Source: an uncultured Nitrososphaerota archaeon
GTDB lineage: Archaea > Thermoproteota > Nitrososphaeria > Nitrososphaerales > CADDZS01
NCBI GenBank assembly: GCA_963799845.1
Contig: CAWCYI010000006.1
Span: 1,600,001-1,664,000, forward strand
Reading direction: 5' to 3'
DNA: 64,000 nucleotides
The notes under the pieces were generated by a model. That model was given only the letters and a program-made list of their open reading frames with translations, made no database searches and was not told the origin of the DNA. The translations under genes were made by a program, and so were the position numbers. Within the stretch, counting starts at the first letter, position 1. Every line of letters begins with the position of its first letter. Positions 1-10,297 of this stretch are shown here, piece by piece.

Positions 1-184
1 AACATGCCAAAAGTCGCCTAGATCTCGCACACGGTATTTCAGGAGCTTTAACTCCAACATATTCTCACGAGTTCTTACGGCATGAATTTTTATCCACTTG
101 TACTTCTTTCCCTGAGAGAATAAAGTAGCTTTATCTCTATTCTTGATCATACACTCATGAAAGGTTTCAATCGTGTACTTTCCG

Positions 185-449
185 TCAGGAATTTGAAACT
201 CTTGCTCGGTAGAAGACAAAGCGCACGTATTTTCTCTTGGGGTTGCTCCCCTCTTTAAGAGATTTGCTGTTTGAAATCCAGATTGGTAATTGGCATATAA
301 TACATAGAAAGTCAGCCTTGAGATTTTTCTTGAGCTTTTGTTTCCACTCTTCCTGAGTGATGACTCTTTTCCTCAAGAAGCTCCGCTAGATTGGTGATCA
401 TAGTCTCGAGTACATCGGTATCTTCACTTTCTTTGTTCCTTCTTTTCAT
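185..449 (-). pseudogene. Small frameshifted hypothetical protein
   Basis: MKRRNKESEDTDVLETMITNLAELLEEK continues as VITQEEWKQKLKK in another frame near 370. Confidence 0.35.
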
Positions 450-587
450 TAGCACTTTTTCCACCTTTATCCAAGTATCCTTTTCGCTCAAGTAAGCTAG
501 GACGATCGCTCTAATTATGTCACTATATCCTCATCCCAGCTCTCCCACCAGTTCGGAATTGATCTGGTAATGCAACTAGAGCTTTTT

Positions 588-790
588 TCATTCTTTTCTA
601 GCCAGCTGCAAAGCTTCGATTGCACTTCCTTCGGGATTTGTCCACAGTTGCAAGGTTTCGTTCTGTGTGGCATTCTCGATTAGCTGTTTCCAAACTTTGA
701 TTTCAATTCCAGCTCGTAGAGCTGGAGTTTTGCCCTTGAAGCTCATGTGAGGGCGGATGTAGTTGTAATATGTCGTGTCTCTCTCAAGGA
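588..790 (-). pseudogene. C-terminal fragment of a DDE (IS6/integrase-core-like) transposase
   Basis: YYNYIRPHMSFKGKTPALRAGIEIK..WKQLIENA matches the YNxxRPHxxLxGKTPA C-terminal motif; catalytic part absent. Confidence 0.7.
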
Positions 791-951
791 TTAGTCTAGC
801 ACAATCTTGGTTCTTTGAATCCCCCGGTGATTCGGCATTTTTCTTGATCCTCTGGTGGCAGTCCAGGCAGAGAATCGAATTCGTTTGACTATCCTTTCTA
901 TCGACGGGCGCTCTCGCTAGTTCCATGAGTCTTCCTGAAGCAACTTGGCAG

Positions 952-1308
952 CTACACTTGCAGGGCGGTCGAAGGATTTCGCAGAAGTTGAACATCATCA
1001 TTGATCAAACTTTGGTTCGATATCAAGACGTTAGACGTCTCTACTAATAGGCGAGCCACGACTTTTCCCTTCGGGGTCAATTTCACAAACATGCGTCGAG
1101 CTACCCTGTCATCAATGTCAAACTCCTTTGTATCCTCGATTTCCATTAACCCATTTACCCACAATGATTTTTTCTCCTTGCTCCAGGTTGAACTGCTGAT
1201 ATTGCTTAGAATTGTGATCTCATGGCAGGTGAGTGTTCCTTTAGGGCAAAACAGAAGCTCGTTTAGTATTCTGCACTCGATTTCGCTGAGAACTGGTACA
1301 TCGAGCAA
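952..1308 (-). CDS. Winged-helix (MarR-like) transcriptional regulator
   Basis: LSEIECRILNEL...EITILSNISSSTWS...L...GLMEI...VKLTPKGKVVA. Confidence 0.7.
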   Translation of the reverse strand: MLDVPVLSEIECRILNELLFCPKGTLTCHEITILSNISSSTWSKEKKSLWVNGLMEIEDTKEFDIDDRVARRMFVKLTPKGKVVARLLVETSNVLISNQSLINDDVQLLRNPSTALQV

Positions 1309-1415
1309 CTCTAAGCGATGGCTGCAACAGCGTAGGAATAGAAAACCAATTCGATTTAGTCTTTCTGAGGATCTTCGGGTTATTTTCTTCGTAGATTTGC
1401 AGGTTAGCTCGACGG

Positions 1416-1775
1416 TTGAATGATAGCAAGCTATTGATCACCGAATATCTCGAAGCCTTCTCCTACGTCTGGCAGATGGAAAGAATGTCTCACAAAATCT
1501 GCAGAAATCATCGAGGAATGAAAGTCGCATATGATCCGGAAAAGTATCGGCAGTGCCTACTTTGTTCAAGAGAACGAGAATTGGATCTATTCATTTCGGC
1601 AATGCAGGGAATGTTGGAGTACGGAACATTGCATGGCAAGCAAATGGATTTGATGTTCAATAACGCTTCAGATGCGCAACGTAGAGAACTATCTGCACAA
1701 AGCGACGACATAGTTCAAAAGATCCTAAAAGACTTGAAGGATGCAACAGACATAAGGAAAGCAACCTACGGGTGA
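1416..1775 (+). CDS. Hypothetical protein
   Basis: 119-aa ATG ORF divergent from the wHTH gene; CxxH/CxxC. Confidence 0.55.
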   Translation: MNDSKLLITEYLEAFSYVWQMERMSHKICRNHRGMKVAYDPEKYRQCLLCSRERELDLFISAMQGMLEYGTLHGKQMDLMFNNASDAQRRELSAQSDDIVQKILKDLKDATDIRKATYG

Positions 1776-1852
1776 GCGTGCCCAAACAAATCCTTAGGAA
1801 GACTGGTTTGGCATAGTCCCAATCTTCTTACGATTCTTCTTCCCCTTTGCGG

Positions 1853-2161
1853 CTAGGTCTTGCTGAAATATTTTGACATCCTCATTAGGTCTAAGCGTTT
1901 CGCCGCCAGCCAAGAGAAGACGAAACCCAGAGCAAAGTAATTCGCCGAGATTGCTTGGTCTAAGTCCTCCGCACTGCCTGAATGGCCGAGCTCGTGAGCT
2001 CGTGTTGTCAACCAGTGGAAGGATTCCCGAGGATCTGGCTGATCAATCACTCTCTTGGCGAATTCCTCTATCAGTCTCTCGGCCTTGCCTGATTTTTCGT
2101 TTGTTGACATGACTTTCAGAATTTCTTCCCTCATGTTTTCGAGTTCTTTGTCTTGTGACAT
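1853..2161 (-). CDS. Hypothetical protein
   Basis: 102-aa ATG ORF with plausible helical composition. Confidence 0.6.
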   Translation of the reverse strand: MSQDKELENMREEILKVMSTNEKSGKAERLIEEFAKRVIDQPDPRESFHWLTTRAHELGHSGSAEDLDQAISANYFALGFVFSWLAAKRLDLMRMSKYFSKT

Positions 2162-2682
2162 GATTCATCAGACTGAATCCTGAATCCGAGAAAATGAAAA
2201 CACTTCAACCAACGAACAGCGGATCACTAGATCTTTTGGTTCCCATCTTTCGGAGAGTATCTATGCTGGGTACGTGTGCTTGACTGTAGCTTTACTCTCC
2301 TTTAATGAGGTAGATTATGTCACCAACCCCGAACTACCCAGCAAGAGAAGTGCTTTTCTTTCGCCTTCGAATGACATACTTTGCGATAATAACGATCATT
2401 GAACCGACGCATCAAACTGATCCGGTGAAATAAGCTCATAATCTTGAGCTTCTTGGCCAGATCCTCAGCGCTCGTATCACACAGTTTCAGCCTCTTTCGA
2501 TACTCGTCGAAGAAGAATTTACTGTACGACATTCGGTCCAAAGTGCACCACTTTGCAGCATCGTACATCAAGCGAATGTATTCCATGCCTGATTCCTTCG
2601 GAAAACCGTCACGGCAAATGAAGTCGATAAAGATCCGATCCGGCAACCATTTTTCGATACTTCCAGAAAACTTTCTCTTTGT

Positions 2683-4181
2683 GTAAGAGGTTACCGTTCT
2701 GAAGCTGAATTCAGGTAGTCGAGCGCGTAATCATAGAAGTTAAGTTTTCTCAGATTGCAAGTCTCTCTGACACTCATCAGCACCTTGTGGGCATCGGCTC
2801 CGTTAGTCGATTGGTTGCCATAGGTTATTTTTCTAATCACTACACTCGGTCTTACCGCTCTCTCAGCTGCGTTGTTGTTCCAATCAACTCCCTTTTCTTC
2901 GAGAAAGGTGAAGAGCATATCCTTCTCTCGATTGAGGCGCTTCAAGAACCTCTTGCAGTTCTTTTCTCCAGTGGATGAGTACGCTTCGACGAGTGTCTCC
3001 ATCCTCCTTTCGAGCCTCTTCTTTGTATTTAGGCGATCGCTCTTCACATTTACTCTCCTTCCCACCTTTATCGCGTCGTTCAGTATGCGTTTGAGCTTCT
3101 TTGCAAATGCAAGAAATTCTATCCCGGGACTCTTGTAGGTGAGAGTGTCATCCACGTCTCTTCGGTAGTGCTGCAGGCACCTCTGGTGCTTTTTACCGAC
3201 GTAGTTCCACGCCGGCCACGAATCGCTTATCACGGTTCCAGGATAGTCACTCCCGAGAATCTCGAGTGGTACATCCCTGCCCCTTGAATTTGCTATCTCG
3301 TAGACGACAGACCATTTTCCTACGAACGCCCACAGCCAGTGGTTCTTTCCCTTGATCCTCCAGCTCGTTTCATCTCCGTTGAGACTCTTCTCCCTTCTGA
3401 TATCAGAAATGAGCTGATCGTACACCGGACCAAAAGCTTCTGCGACCTTGGATACGGAGTGTTCTATCGCCGCATCAGTCATCTCCAGATTGAAGAGCAG
3501 CTTGAAGAGTGAACTAATCTTTGCGTATGACAACCCGAGCAGTTTCAGTGAAACTACGAGGAGCATGAGACGCAGACCGAATCTTTCATTGCTTCCTCCA
3601 CCAATCACGTTTGGAATGGCGGGAGAGACCTGCCCTCCACACCTCTTGCAGTACCGCCTCTTGATAACGTACTCAGTTGCAACGAGTCTCGCAGGAACAA
3701 TGTCCTCGACCACCCTGGTGTATTCATCCGTTGGATCTTCAGAGAGATGCCCGCCGCACTTCGGACAGGTTGTCTGGTCAAGCTCGATTCTTGCGTCAAT
3801 GTGCAGAGGCCTCCTTCTGCTCTTCCCCTCATGGCCGTTCTTCCTGCCTGGTGGTCTCGTCTTCTTGTGATTGGAGGAGGAGTCTGCCTTTGCTCCTATT
3901 CCTCTTGCAACAACGGCTGATACCGTTGTCTTGAGCGAGGAGAGCTCTTCATGCAGCTGTTTGTTTTCTTCGACGACGAGTTTGTACTTCTCTTCGAAGC
4001 CGGATAACTTTTCCTTCAGCTCTTTGTTTTCCTCTTTGAGTCTGGAAAGCTCCTTCCTGAGCTTGTCATTCTCGACATCAATCTCCTCCTCAACGGTCGG
4101 CAAGAGTCTTGCGGTACAAATGAAAACAAGACTCGGCCAAATGTCTTTCGGCCTAGGAGCTTCAAAACACTAAATGCTTAC
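2683..4181 (-). mobile_element. IS66-family element, single-ORF (ISBst12-like), 1499 bp
   Basis: Ends GTAAG...CTTAC; 8-bp direct repeat CTCTTTGT at 2675-2682 and 4182-4189. Confidence 0.93.
2691..4103 (-). CDS. tnpC: IS66 transposase
   Basis: Coiled coil, GRKNGHEG, CPKCGG and CKRCG zinc finger, DETSW, VISD, HQRCLQH, NNAAERAVRPSV. Confidence 0.95.
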   Translation of the reverse strand: MPTVEEEIDVENDKLRKELSRLKEENKELKEKLSGFEEKYKLVVEENKQLHEELSSLKTTVSAVVARGIGAKADSSSNHKKTRPPGRKNGHEGKSRRRPLHIDARIELDQTTCPKCGGHLSEDPTDEYTRVVEDIVPARLVATEYVIKRRYCKRCGGQVSPAIPNVIGGGSNERFGLRLMLLVVSLKLLGLSYAKISSLFKLLFNLEMTDAAIEHSVSKVAEAFGPVYDQLISDIRREKSLNGDETSWRIKGKNHWLWAFVGKWSVVYEIANSRGRDVPLEILGSDYPGTVISDSWPAWNYVGKKHQRCLQHYRRDVDDTLTYKSPGIEFLAFAKKLKRILNDAIKVGRRVNVKSDRLNTKKRLERRMETLVEAYSSTGEKNCKRFLKRLNREKDMLFTFLEEKGVDWNNNAAERAVRPSVVIRKITYGNQSTNGADAHKVLMSVRETCNLRKLNFYDYALDYLNSASER

Positions 4182-5179
4182 CTCTTTGTTAGGATCATCC
4201 ATGCGTTATAAAATTCATCTCTGGTTCTCCACCACCTTTCCCTTTCGATTTCGTCACGCTGGCTTACTAGGTAGTCATATGACTTCATCAGAATGGAAGC
4301 CCGAATTTCGTACAATAGATACATTAGTATCTTAGTAGGATCCTTCGCTCCCTTCAACGCATTTCTGGAAATATGTTCTAGTATTCCAGACTTTGCTCTT
4401 GGTGAACTCAGCTCAGAAACGGAGGAGGCTCCCAACATTTCGTCAGCAGAATCCAAGAGGGCATGACCCAGCCAATTCCTGAATATAACAACCGACCTAT
4501 CGCCCATCTTCGGTTGATTCTCCATTCTCATCTCTAAAATCATCTTTTCGATATGCTGGGCGATGGAACATTGAGTCTTGAACCAGGCTGGCAGAAGCAC
4601 TTTCTGCGACGGGCGAATATTCTTGCTCCCGACGGCGTCGGTGTAACTCAGCTTCCCGTCAGCCAGAATCTTGTTTATGACGATTGGATTGGGTGTAACT
4701 ATCTTCTTTTGTTTCCCTTTAGGAATTATGATGACCGCGCCGGCCTTCTCAAAGAGGTGCAAAGTTTTGAGAAACCATTCCTTTCCGGTATTGCTATCGT
4801 AGAGTTGATTCTCGGTTTTGCCGGAAGGGTTGGCAAGAGATTTTCGTAGAATAGTTTCCATTCTATCGTCGATTGGAATTTCCACGACGGCCGCGCCTTC
4901 GTTCACTTCCATTACGGGGAGCTGTTGGCGGACCCCTTCGGATTCTTCCGTCATAATCTATAGGCGATCGCGCTGAAGATCGCGTTTGTATTTAGCATTA
5001 GGCAAATTTGCCGCCCCCAAAGCTATTGCAGACCAATAGACCTGGTCATGTCCTTGGATGGAAACTAGGACGGTCGAAGATCGGCCGCAACGAAAGACAC
5101 GGACAGGATAAAGGCCTAACGCGCGCAGACCGGTCTCTGACTGGTTCGTTAAGTCATATGTTTTTCCTACGGCAGAGCC

Positions 5180-5437
5180 ATGGTTGAATTTAGGATCAAA
5201 GTCAACAAAGAGCAACGTACGGGTTATTTTCCAAAACAGGTCTTGGAAGCACTCGGTTGTCAACTTGCTCTGAGAACCGATGGTTGCGCGGCTGTCCTGT
5301 ATTCACAAGAAATGAGTGATGAAGATGTTTTGAGCAGTCTGCGGATCATTGCGGAAGACATCAAGCTTCACAAACAATTCCAAGAATTGGGGAATCAAAA
5401 GAAAGCAGTGAGAAATTCACTTAGGGCGCACGAGTGA
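5180..5437 (+). CDS. AbrB-like small DNA-binding protein
   Basis: FRIKVNKEQRTGYFPKQVLEALG resembles the swapped-hairpin pattern; first gene of an operon. Confidence 0.6.
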   Translation: MVEFRIKVNKEQRTGYFPKQVLEALGCQLALRTDGCAAVLYSQEMSDEDVLSSLRIIAEDIKLHKQFQELGNQKKAVRNSLRAHE

Positions 5438-5628
5438 GCTTTGGAATGAAAGTACACATCGGAGAGCTCAAGAGAAACGTGGCGAGTCTCCCCAATAACT
5501 ACACAATCCGCGATCCGATCCTCGCGGAACCCGATGAAATTGAATTTGACGAATTTGTTGTAAAGGCAAAAGTTTGGCTGAAAGTCTTGAGCTCGGATGT
5601 AAAGAAGACCAGGAGCCGGGATAATTAG
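5434..5628 (+). CDS. Small hypothetical protein (plasmid/virus-like)
   Basis: GTGA overlap with upstream gene; 64 aa. Confidence 0.55.
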   Translation: MSFGMKVHIGELKRNVASLPNNYTIRDPILAEPDEIEFDEFVVKAKVWLKVLSSDVKKTRSRDN

Positions 5629-5759
5629 TCGAGGAGGATGACACTTGCAATTTAGAAAGAGCCAGGCCCGGCAGATGAATCCACCAAGCACGAGCTGCCG
5701 AGCCGACGTCCTCTCGTTACTCCCAATGTTGGCACGCTGGAAATCGGAGAGCAGACTCG

Positions 5760-5957
5760 ATGAGCATTAATCCAGTTAATAACCAGAAGGGTCGTGACGA
5801 CGGAAAAGTAGCTTACCGTTGCGACCAGTGCGACTTTTCGACGAATAATTTTGAAGAATTTCGCATTCATAGACGACACCGCCTAGCTATTGAAAATCGA
5901 AAGGCGGGAACGAGATTGCTCGATGAAGATCCCGAGCCAGAAGAGCCCCAGTGGTGA
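5760..5957 (+). CDS. C2H2 zinc-finger protein
   Basis: YRCDQCDFSTNNFEEFRIHRRH. Confidence 0.7.
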   Translation: MSINPVNNQKGRDDGKVAYRCDQCDFSTNNFEEFRIHRRHRLAIENRKAGTRLLDEDPEPEEPQW

Positions 5958-5969
5958 AAAGGAAGAAGA

Positions 5970-6416
5970 ATGTCTTCCCTTACGTTGCCAAACAAATCAA
6001 TAACGACCTTGAATTTTCAAGATTTTTCGTTCTGCTTGGACGAATGTCTCGCGATTGTCTGGATTGACTACATGCACGGAGGCGGGGAATACGATCCGGT
6101 AATGCGGTACCGCCTAAGCTGCACCGACCTACCTACTATGGCTCTGAGAGCGTCGTACTGGTACGTCAGGGAATTCCCACGGGGACCATCTGAAAGCGAT
6201 TCAGATTATCGCAAACGCAACGCCGATTTCCGGACGAGCTTTTCAGGATTCTATGAACAAAATCAAACGAAAATCGAGCCTCTCGCGAAGGCTCTGGCGA
6301 TCAGTAAGGCCGAGGCAATCAATGATCTAATCTCTGATTTCAGAACCCAGGTTAGAATCGGTAGGGGCTTGATAGATTTTCCTAGAAATGTAACTTTCGC
6401 TGACGAGGTCGGTTGA
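5970..6416 (+). CDS. Hypothetical protein upstream of helicase
   Basis: 148-aa ORF tightly packed in the operon. Confidence 0.65.
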   Translation: MSSLTLPNKSITTLNFQDFSFCLDECLAIVWIDYMHGGGEYDPVMRYRLSCTDLPTMALRASYWYVREFPRGPSESDSDYRKRNADFRTSFSGFYEQNQTKIEPLAKALAISKAEAINDLISDFRTQVRIGRGLIDFPRNVTFADEVG

Positions 6417-6425
6417 AAAAATCAC

Positions 6426-8120
6426 ATGCAAAAGTCGGAACCTGTCCAGGCTGCTGCTGAAAAGGAGAAACTGGAGCTCTTCAAGGAAATCGGCCATGCG
6501 AGGACGCACATCGCCTCGACTCTGGGACTTTCTTCAAGGGATATGCAGACCCGCGAGAAGTACAATCAGGTAACGAGGATTACGTACAATCACCTCCTTG
6601 CGAACGGTCGATTCTACTTTGACAAGAGCAAGAGGGAGGGTTACTGGTTTGACAGTGATTCGAAGCAACTTTGGAAACTTGAGTCTGAAAAATTCTCGTC
6701 GTTCCTATCATGCCGGCTGGACGTGAACCAGAAGGATGCTGCTTTCGATTGGATCATGAGCGGGACAAGGGACAGAGTAGCTCAGGGCGCCGCGAAGGTC
6801 GAACCTCAGACGTTCAGTTACTTCGACGAGACCACATCAGTCCTCTACATCAATAACAAACCAGGGCGAATGCTGCGCATTGGATCAGACACCATCCAGG
6901 AAACAGACAATGGGGACGGCGCGCTGTTTCTCTGGGATGATGATTGGGAGGAGTTTGAATATTCTGGGAGTATCACTTCAAGGAAGACTCTAAAGCAGTT
7001 GATTTACGAGAGACACAGTCTTGACATTTCCGAGACCAGGAATCTCACGACGGAAGATCTCGGCTATCTTCTCAATACTTACATCCAATCAATTTTGTTC
7101 CGGACAATTGTTTTGCATCGTCCACTCCTGGCTTACATAGGACCCTTCGGCTGCGGAAAAACAGAGATGCAGCGTCTTATCGGGATCACTCTGTTCGGGC
7201 GGAATTACGACGTATTGGGACTTGAGGAACAAAAACAGGACGCAGCGATTGCATATGTTACCAATTCGGTTTTTGGAACGTTCGACAATGCGGACGAAAG
7301 ACTCAAGTGGTTACCTGACCTTCTAGCGCGGGTCGTTACTAGGGCAAAAATCCCGAGACGAAAATTGTACACGACGAACGAGCTTGTCAAATATCAGGTC
7401 GATTGTCTCCTTGGCATTACTGCAAGATCTACTCCCTGGGCGAGGCCCGACATAATCAGCAGACTCCTGATCGTTAGGTTCAAGCAGCCGGAGTTTCATG
7501 TCAATGAAAAGAAAGCAAGGCAAGACGTTATAGATCACAGAGTCGAACTCATGGCTGAGATTATCGAAAATGCCAGGAGGGCCATCAAAAAGCTAGGGGA
7601 AACTGAAAGCGAGACTTTCGACTCCCCCAGCAGACTCGCGGGGTTTTACTCCTTCGGCATGCGGATTTCCGACGATCGCGAGAGATTCGACGAAGCATTC
7701 TGCAAAGTGATGCAGCTTCAAGATTATCTTGCTGCGGACGAGGAAGAAACGCTGGTCGCCGTTCTGAAAGCTTGGGTTCGATCGCAATCAGGGGAGAAGG
7801 ATGTGCAGGGGCAGGAAAAGGAGTGGAGCGATGTCAGGACGACCAGCCAGCTCTTGGGAGAGTTAGTCCAGGTGGGGAAGAACAACGGGATGGAGTTCCA
7901 CGTCAAGACTACGAGTTCATTGACGAGGAGGATCAAAGAGAATACGACGATGCTAAAGTCGCAGAAAATCATCTTCCGCGTTGACCATGGCGAGAATGGT
8001 ACCGAATGGCAGTTTAAACTGTACAAAAAAGAAATTCCCAAAGATCCGTCAGATGTGTCAGTTCCGTCAGGACAGACCAAATTTGAGCACGATCCACCCC
8101 CGAAAAGTCCTGACAGATAG
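6426..8120 (+). CDS. P-loop ATPase, probable replicative helicase (AAA+/SF3-like) of a plasmid or provirus
   Basis: Walker A GPFGCGKT, Walker B GTFDN, RRKLYTTNE, ISRLLIV arginine-finger-like motif, wHTH-like C-terminus. Confidence 0.75.
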   Translation: MQKSEPVQAAAEKEKLELFKEIGHARTHIASTLGLSSRDMQTREKYNQVTRITYNHLLANGRFYFDKSKREGYWFDSDSKQLWKLESEKFSSFLSCRLDVNQKDAAFDWIMSGTRDRVAQGAAKVEPQTFSYFDETTSVLYINNKPGRMLRIGSDTIQETDNGDGALFLWDDDWEEFEYSGSITSRKTLKQLIYERHSLDISETRNLTTEDLGYLLNTYIQSILFRTIVLHRPLLAYIGPFGCGKTEMQRLIGITLFGRNYDVLGLEEQKQDAAIAYVTNSVFGTFDNADERLKWLPDLLARVVTRAKIPRRKLYTTNELVKYQVDCLLGITARSTPWARPDIISRLLIVRFKQPEFHVNEKKARQDVIDHRVELMAEIIENARRAIKKLGETESETFDSPSRLAGFYSFGMRISDDRERFDEAFCKVMQLQDYLAADEEETLVAVLKAWVRSQSGEKDVQGQEKEWSDVRTTSQLLGELVQVGKNNGMEFHVKTTSSLTRRIKENTTMLKSQKIIFRVDHGENGTEWQFKLYKKEIPKDPSDVSVPSGQTKFEHDPPPKSPDR

Positions 8121-8200
8121 CCTGACAGATCAGAAAATTCTGTCAGTCATTCTGTCAGCCAAATCCGTGCTCAAACTGATGGAACTGACGGAACTGATAG
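8045..8200. repeat. Long imperfect palindrome of CTGAC iterons (putative origin)
   Basis: TCAGTTCCGTCAG / CTGACGGAACTGA, TTTGAGCACG / CGTGCTCAAA, CCTGACAGAT x2 facing TTCTGTCAG x2. Confidence 0.7.
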
Positions 8201-8288
8201 ATTTTCAGCAACTTCTCCAATTGTGCAAATTGAGGGATCCACTTGGAAATTCACCATAAAGGGGCGTTATCTTTCCCCGTCACGAAGT

Positions 8289-8343
8289 CGGCAAGTCCGG
8301 CAAGTTTTTCATAAGCCAGATTTTGCCGGAGTTGCCTTTGCCG
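8289..8343. repeat. Second iteron cluster (CGGCAA / TTGCC)
   Basis: CGGCAAGT at 8289 and 8298; inverted TTGCC at 8323, 8332, 8338. Confidence 0.6.
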
Positions 8344-8937
8344 CCCTCAAAAAAGATACCCCCCTATTTTTGATGAAATTGCGGGTATCAACGTGAATCA
8401 GATGGAGCACAAATTAGCAACGCACCGATCGGGAAAGAAGCACAAGACAATATTGGAGGGAATTTTGGATCGACAGAATTAAGCAGATTCCGGTCCTTTC
8501 AACGAGAATTGAGTCAGCCATGGCCAAAGCGGCAATCACAGCACCGACAACGATGTTCAGGTGGACTGGCACGGACGTGGCCATAACGTCCTGTTAGAAT
8601 CAGTGCAGGGCCTTTGCGTCGAACCAATTTCCGAGATGGAGCTAGCCCAATAAATTAGCGACTCTAGAAGAAGAATACCAAAGTGATGACTAACCCGGAA
8701 TTTGAGATCAAGGATGGACTGTGCGAAGTTAGAGGCGCGTTTTACGGCACGACAACTTACTACTTTAACGATGGAAGCTGACGGAAGATTGTCATTCTGC
8801 GCCCTAAAACGAATATTTTCTTCTGCCACATACTTACGGGCTATCTAGATGAATTTGTTTCCAGAGCGCCCCGATATAAGGAAATTCGATCGAAACAACC
8901 TTCGTTCAGAGGTGAACATACAGCAGGGGAAAGAGAG

Positions 8938-9354
8938 CTACTTCTTGCCCTTTGCCTTCTTCCGGGGTTTCCAGTCCAGTTTGGCGAGTATCTTGGACAC
9001 GTAGACTTCTTGTTTTTTCACTGCATCGACGCTTTCCTTCGAGATAAAACTCTTCAACGAGATCACTTCGCTGTGCATCTGCGAAACCTGCTTTTCTAGC
9101 CTCTTTGCTGAAACCTCGTTGTTCTTCCTGAAGCTCGAAAGATCTTTCGAGATAGCACCAACGTTCTCGCTTAGGCTCAGCAGAGGCGCTCTTCTCCCGC
9201 TAGTCCCAGCCTTCGGCTTTTTAGTAGTTGTTGCAGCGGGTTCGGCTGAGCTTTCTGTAGGCTGTCTAGCACCAAGAGAGGCAGCCAACCCCATGGCGGT
9301 ATTCTCTTCCTCGGTACTTCTCTTGACAGTACTAACGTTGGTGTCTGAGATCAT
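8938..9354 (-). CDS. Basic coiled-coil hypothetical protein
   Basis: 138 aa, coiled coil, Lys-rich tail KPRKKAKGKK. Confidence 0.6.
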   Translation of the reverse strand: MISDTNVSTVKRSTEEENTAMGLAASLGARQPTESSAEPAATTTKKPKAGTSGRRAPLLSLSENVGAISKDLSSFRKNNEVSAKRLEKQVSQMHSEVISLKSFISKESVDAVKKQEVYVSKILAKLDWKPRKKAKGKK

Positions 9355-9539
9355 TGGGCTTTCCTCACTCTACAGGCAGAAGCGTCATTGCTAGATAAGA
9401 ATTGTTTGTTCGTGAAAAAGTAAATTTCGAAAGATTAGCTCTACCCGGGTCTCTATTAGGGCAAATCTTCACCTTGTATCGCATGGGCTACAACGAAATA
9501 GAAGCTAAGAACAACTGTACTTTAATTCGATGCGATTAA

Positions 9540-10178
9540 TCACCCCACAACAACCATTGTAAGGGTCGATTTGATGCTTGGGAGTGCTCTGATTTGGTAA
9601 GTAATCGTTTCTTTCAGCTTGTCCTGAGTTTCGGCCTCTACTATTACGATAACATCGTAGACGCCATCACTAAGATGAGTCTCCTTGACGTTTTGAATTG
9701 ACTTCAATTTCTTGAGTAAATTTCTTTCGTCGCCAAGCTCTGCGCTAATCAAAAGCAACGCCTTGGCAGTCAATTTGATCTTCGAATGGAGGAGCAGAGC
9801 TTTGGTTAAAGGCTTTCGTTGAATCGGAGATTGATCTACGATTAGGGGTCCTTGATGCTTCGTCTTTAGCGCGGATAACCACTTATTGAAACCCCTACGC
9901 AAGTCTGTTTTTTCGGCCAAGTCAATGAGGAATGACTCCTGAAACACAGGCTCGAAGGTGGGCCTGCAATAGTTTTCCTTAGTCTCGAGGTACTTTCTCT
10001 CCACTACTTTCAGCTCGTCGTGTATTTTCCCCGCGATAGTATTAGGACGGACAGAACGCCAATGTGGAGCGCCTACTGAGCTCGAAAGCCGACGGACGAT
10101 CTCAGCCCCTCTCGGAGAAGATCGATGACTTGGACAATCGCCTGACTGGAAAAATAGATGAGCAGGGAACCCGTCCAA
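9540..10178 (-). CDS. Lrp/AsnC ligand-binding (RAM) domain protein; start uncertain
   Basis: C-terminal AKALLLISAELG...GVYDVIVIVEAETQDKLKETITYQIRALPSIKSTLTMVV. Confidence 0.7.
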   Translation of the reverse strand: MDGFPAHLFFQSGDCPSHRSSPRGAEIVRRLSSSVGAPHWRSVRPNTIAGKIHDELKVVERKYLETKENYCRPTFEPVFQESFLIDLAEKTDLRRGFNKWLSALKTKHQGPLIVDQSPIQRKPLTKALLLHSKIKLTAKALLLISAELGDERNLLKKLKSIQNVKETHLSDGVYDVIVIVEAETQDKLKETITYQIRALPSIKSTLTMVVVG

Positions 10179-10297
10179 GCGAAAACGACAAGCGGCTCTC
10201 TAAGAAAATTGACAACCTAGACAAGCGACTCGACATCGTGCAGAGACTTGCCGTAGTCGAAGCTAAACTGAGAGATCAGGAGCAGGCGAGAAGGTAA
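10064..10297 (+). pseudogene. Coiled-coil repeat protein fragment
   Basis: LSEKIDDLDNRL / LSKKIDNLDKRL repeats; no convincing 5' end. Confidence 0.45.

Larger units (their letters stand above)
2320..4954 (-). pseudogene. wHTH-containing ~375-aa protein split by IS66 (N-part 4182-4954, C-part 2320-2682)
   Basis: Removing 2683-4181 and one TSD copy joins ...WMILTKR-KFSGSIEKW-LPDRIFIDF... in frame. Confidence 0.85.

Noticed and set aside
501-527. GACGATCG...TATGTCACTATA resembling 35007-35026
   Set aside because: Needs a 7-bp gap and lacks the TAACATAA box array; may be chance
1001-1423. Long antisense or shadow ORFs (also 3448-3870, 22734-23459, 52358-52861 and others)
   Set aside because: They overlap genes with clear motifs and show no family features
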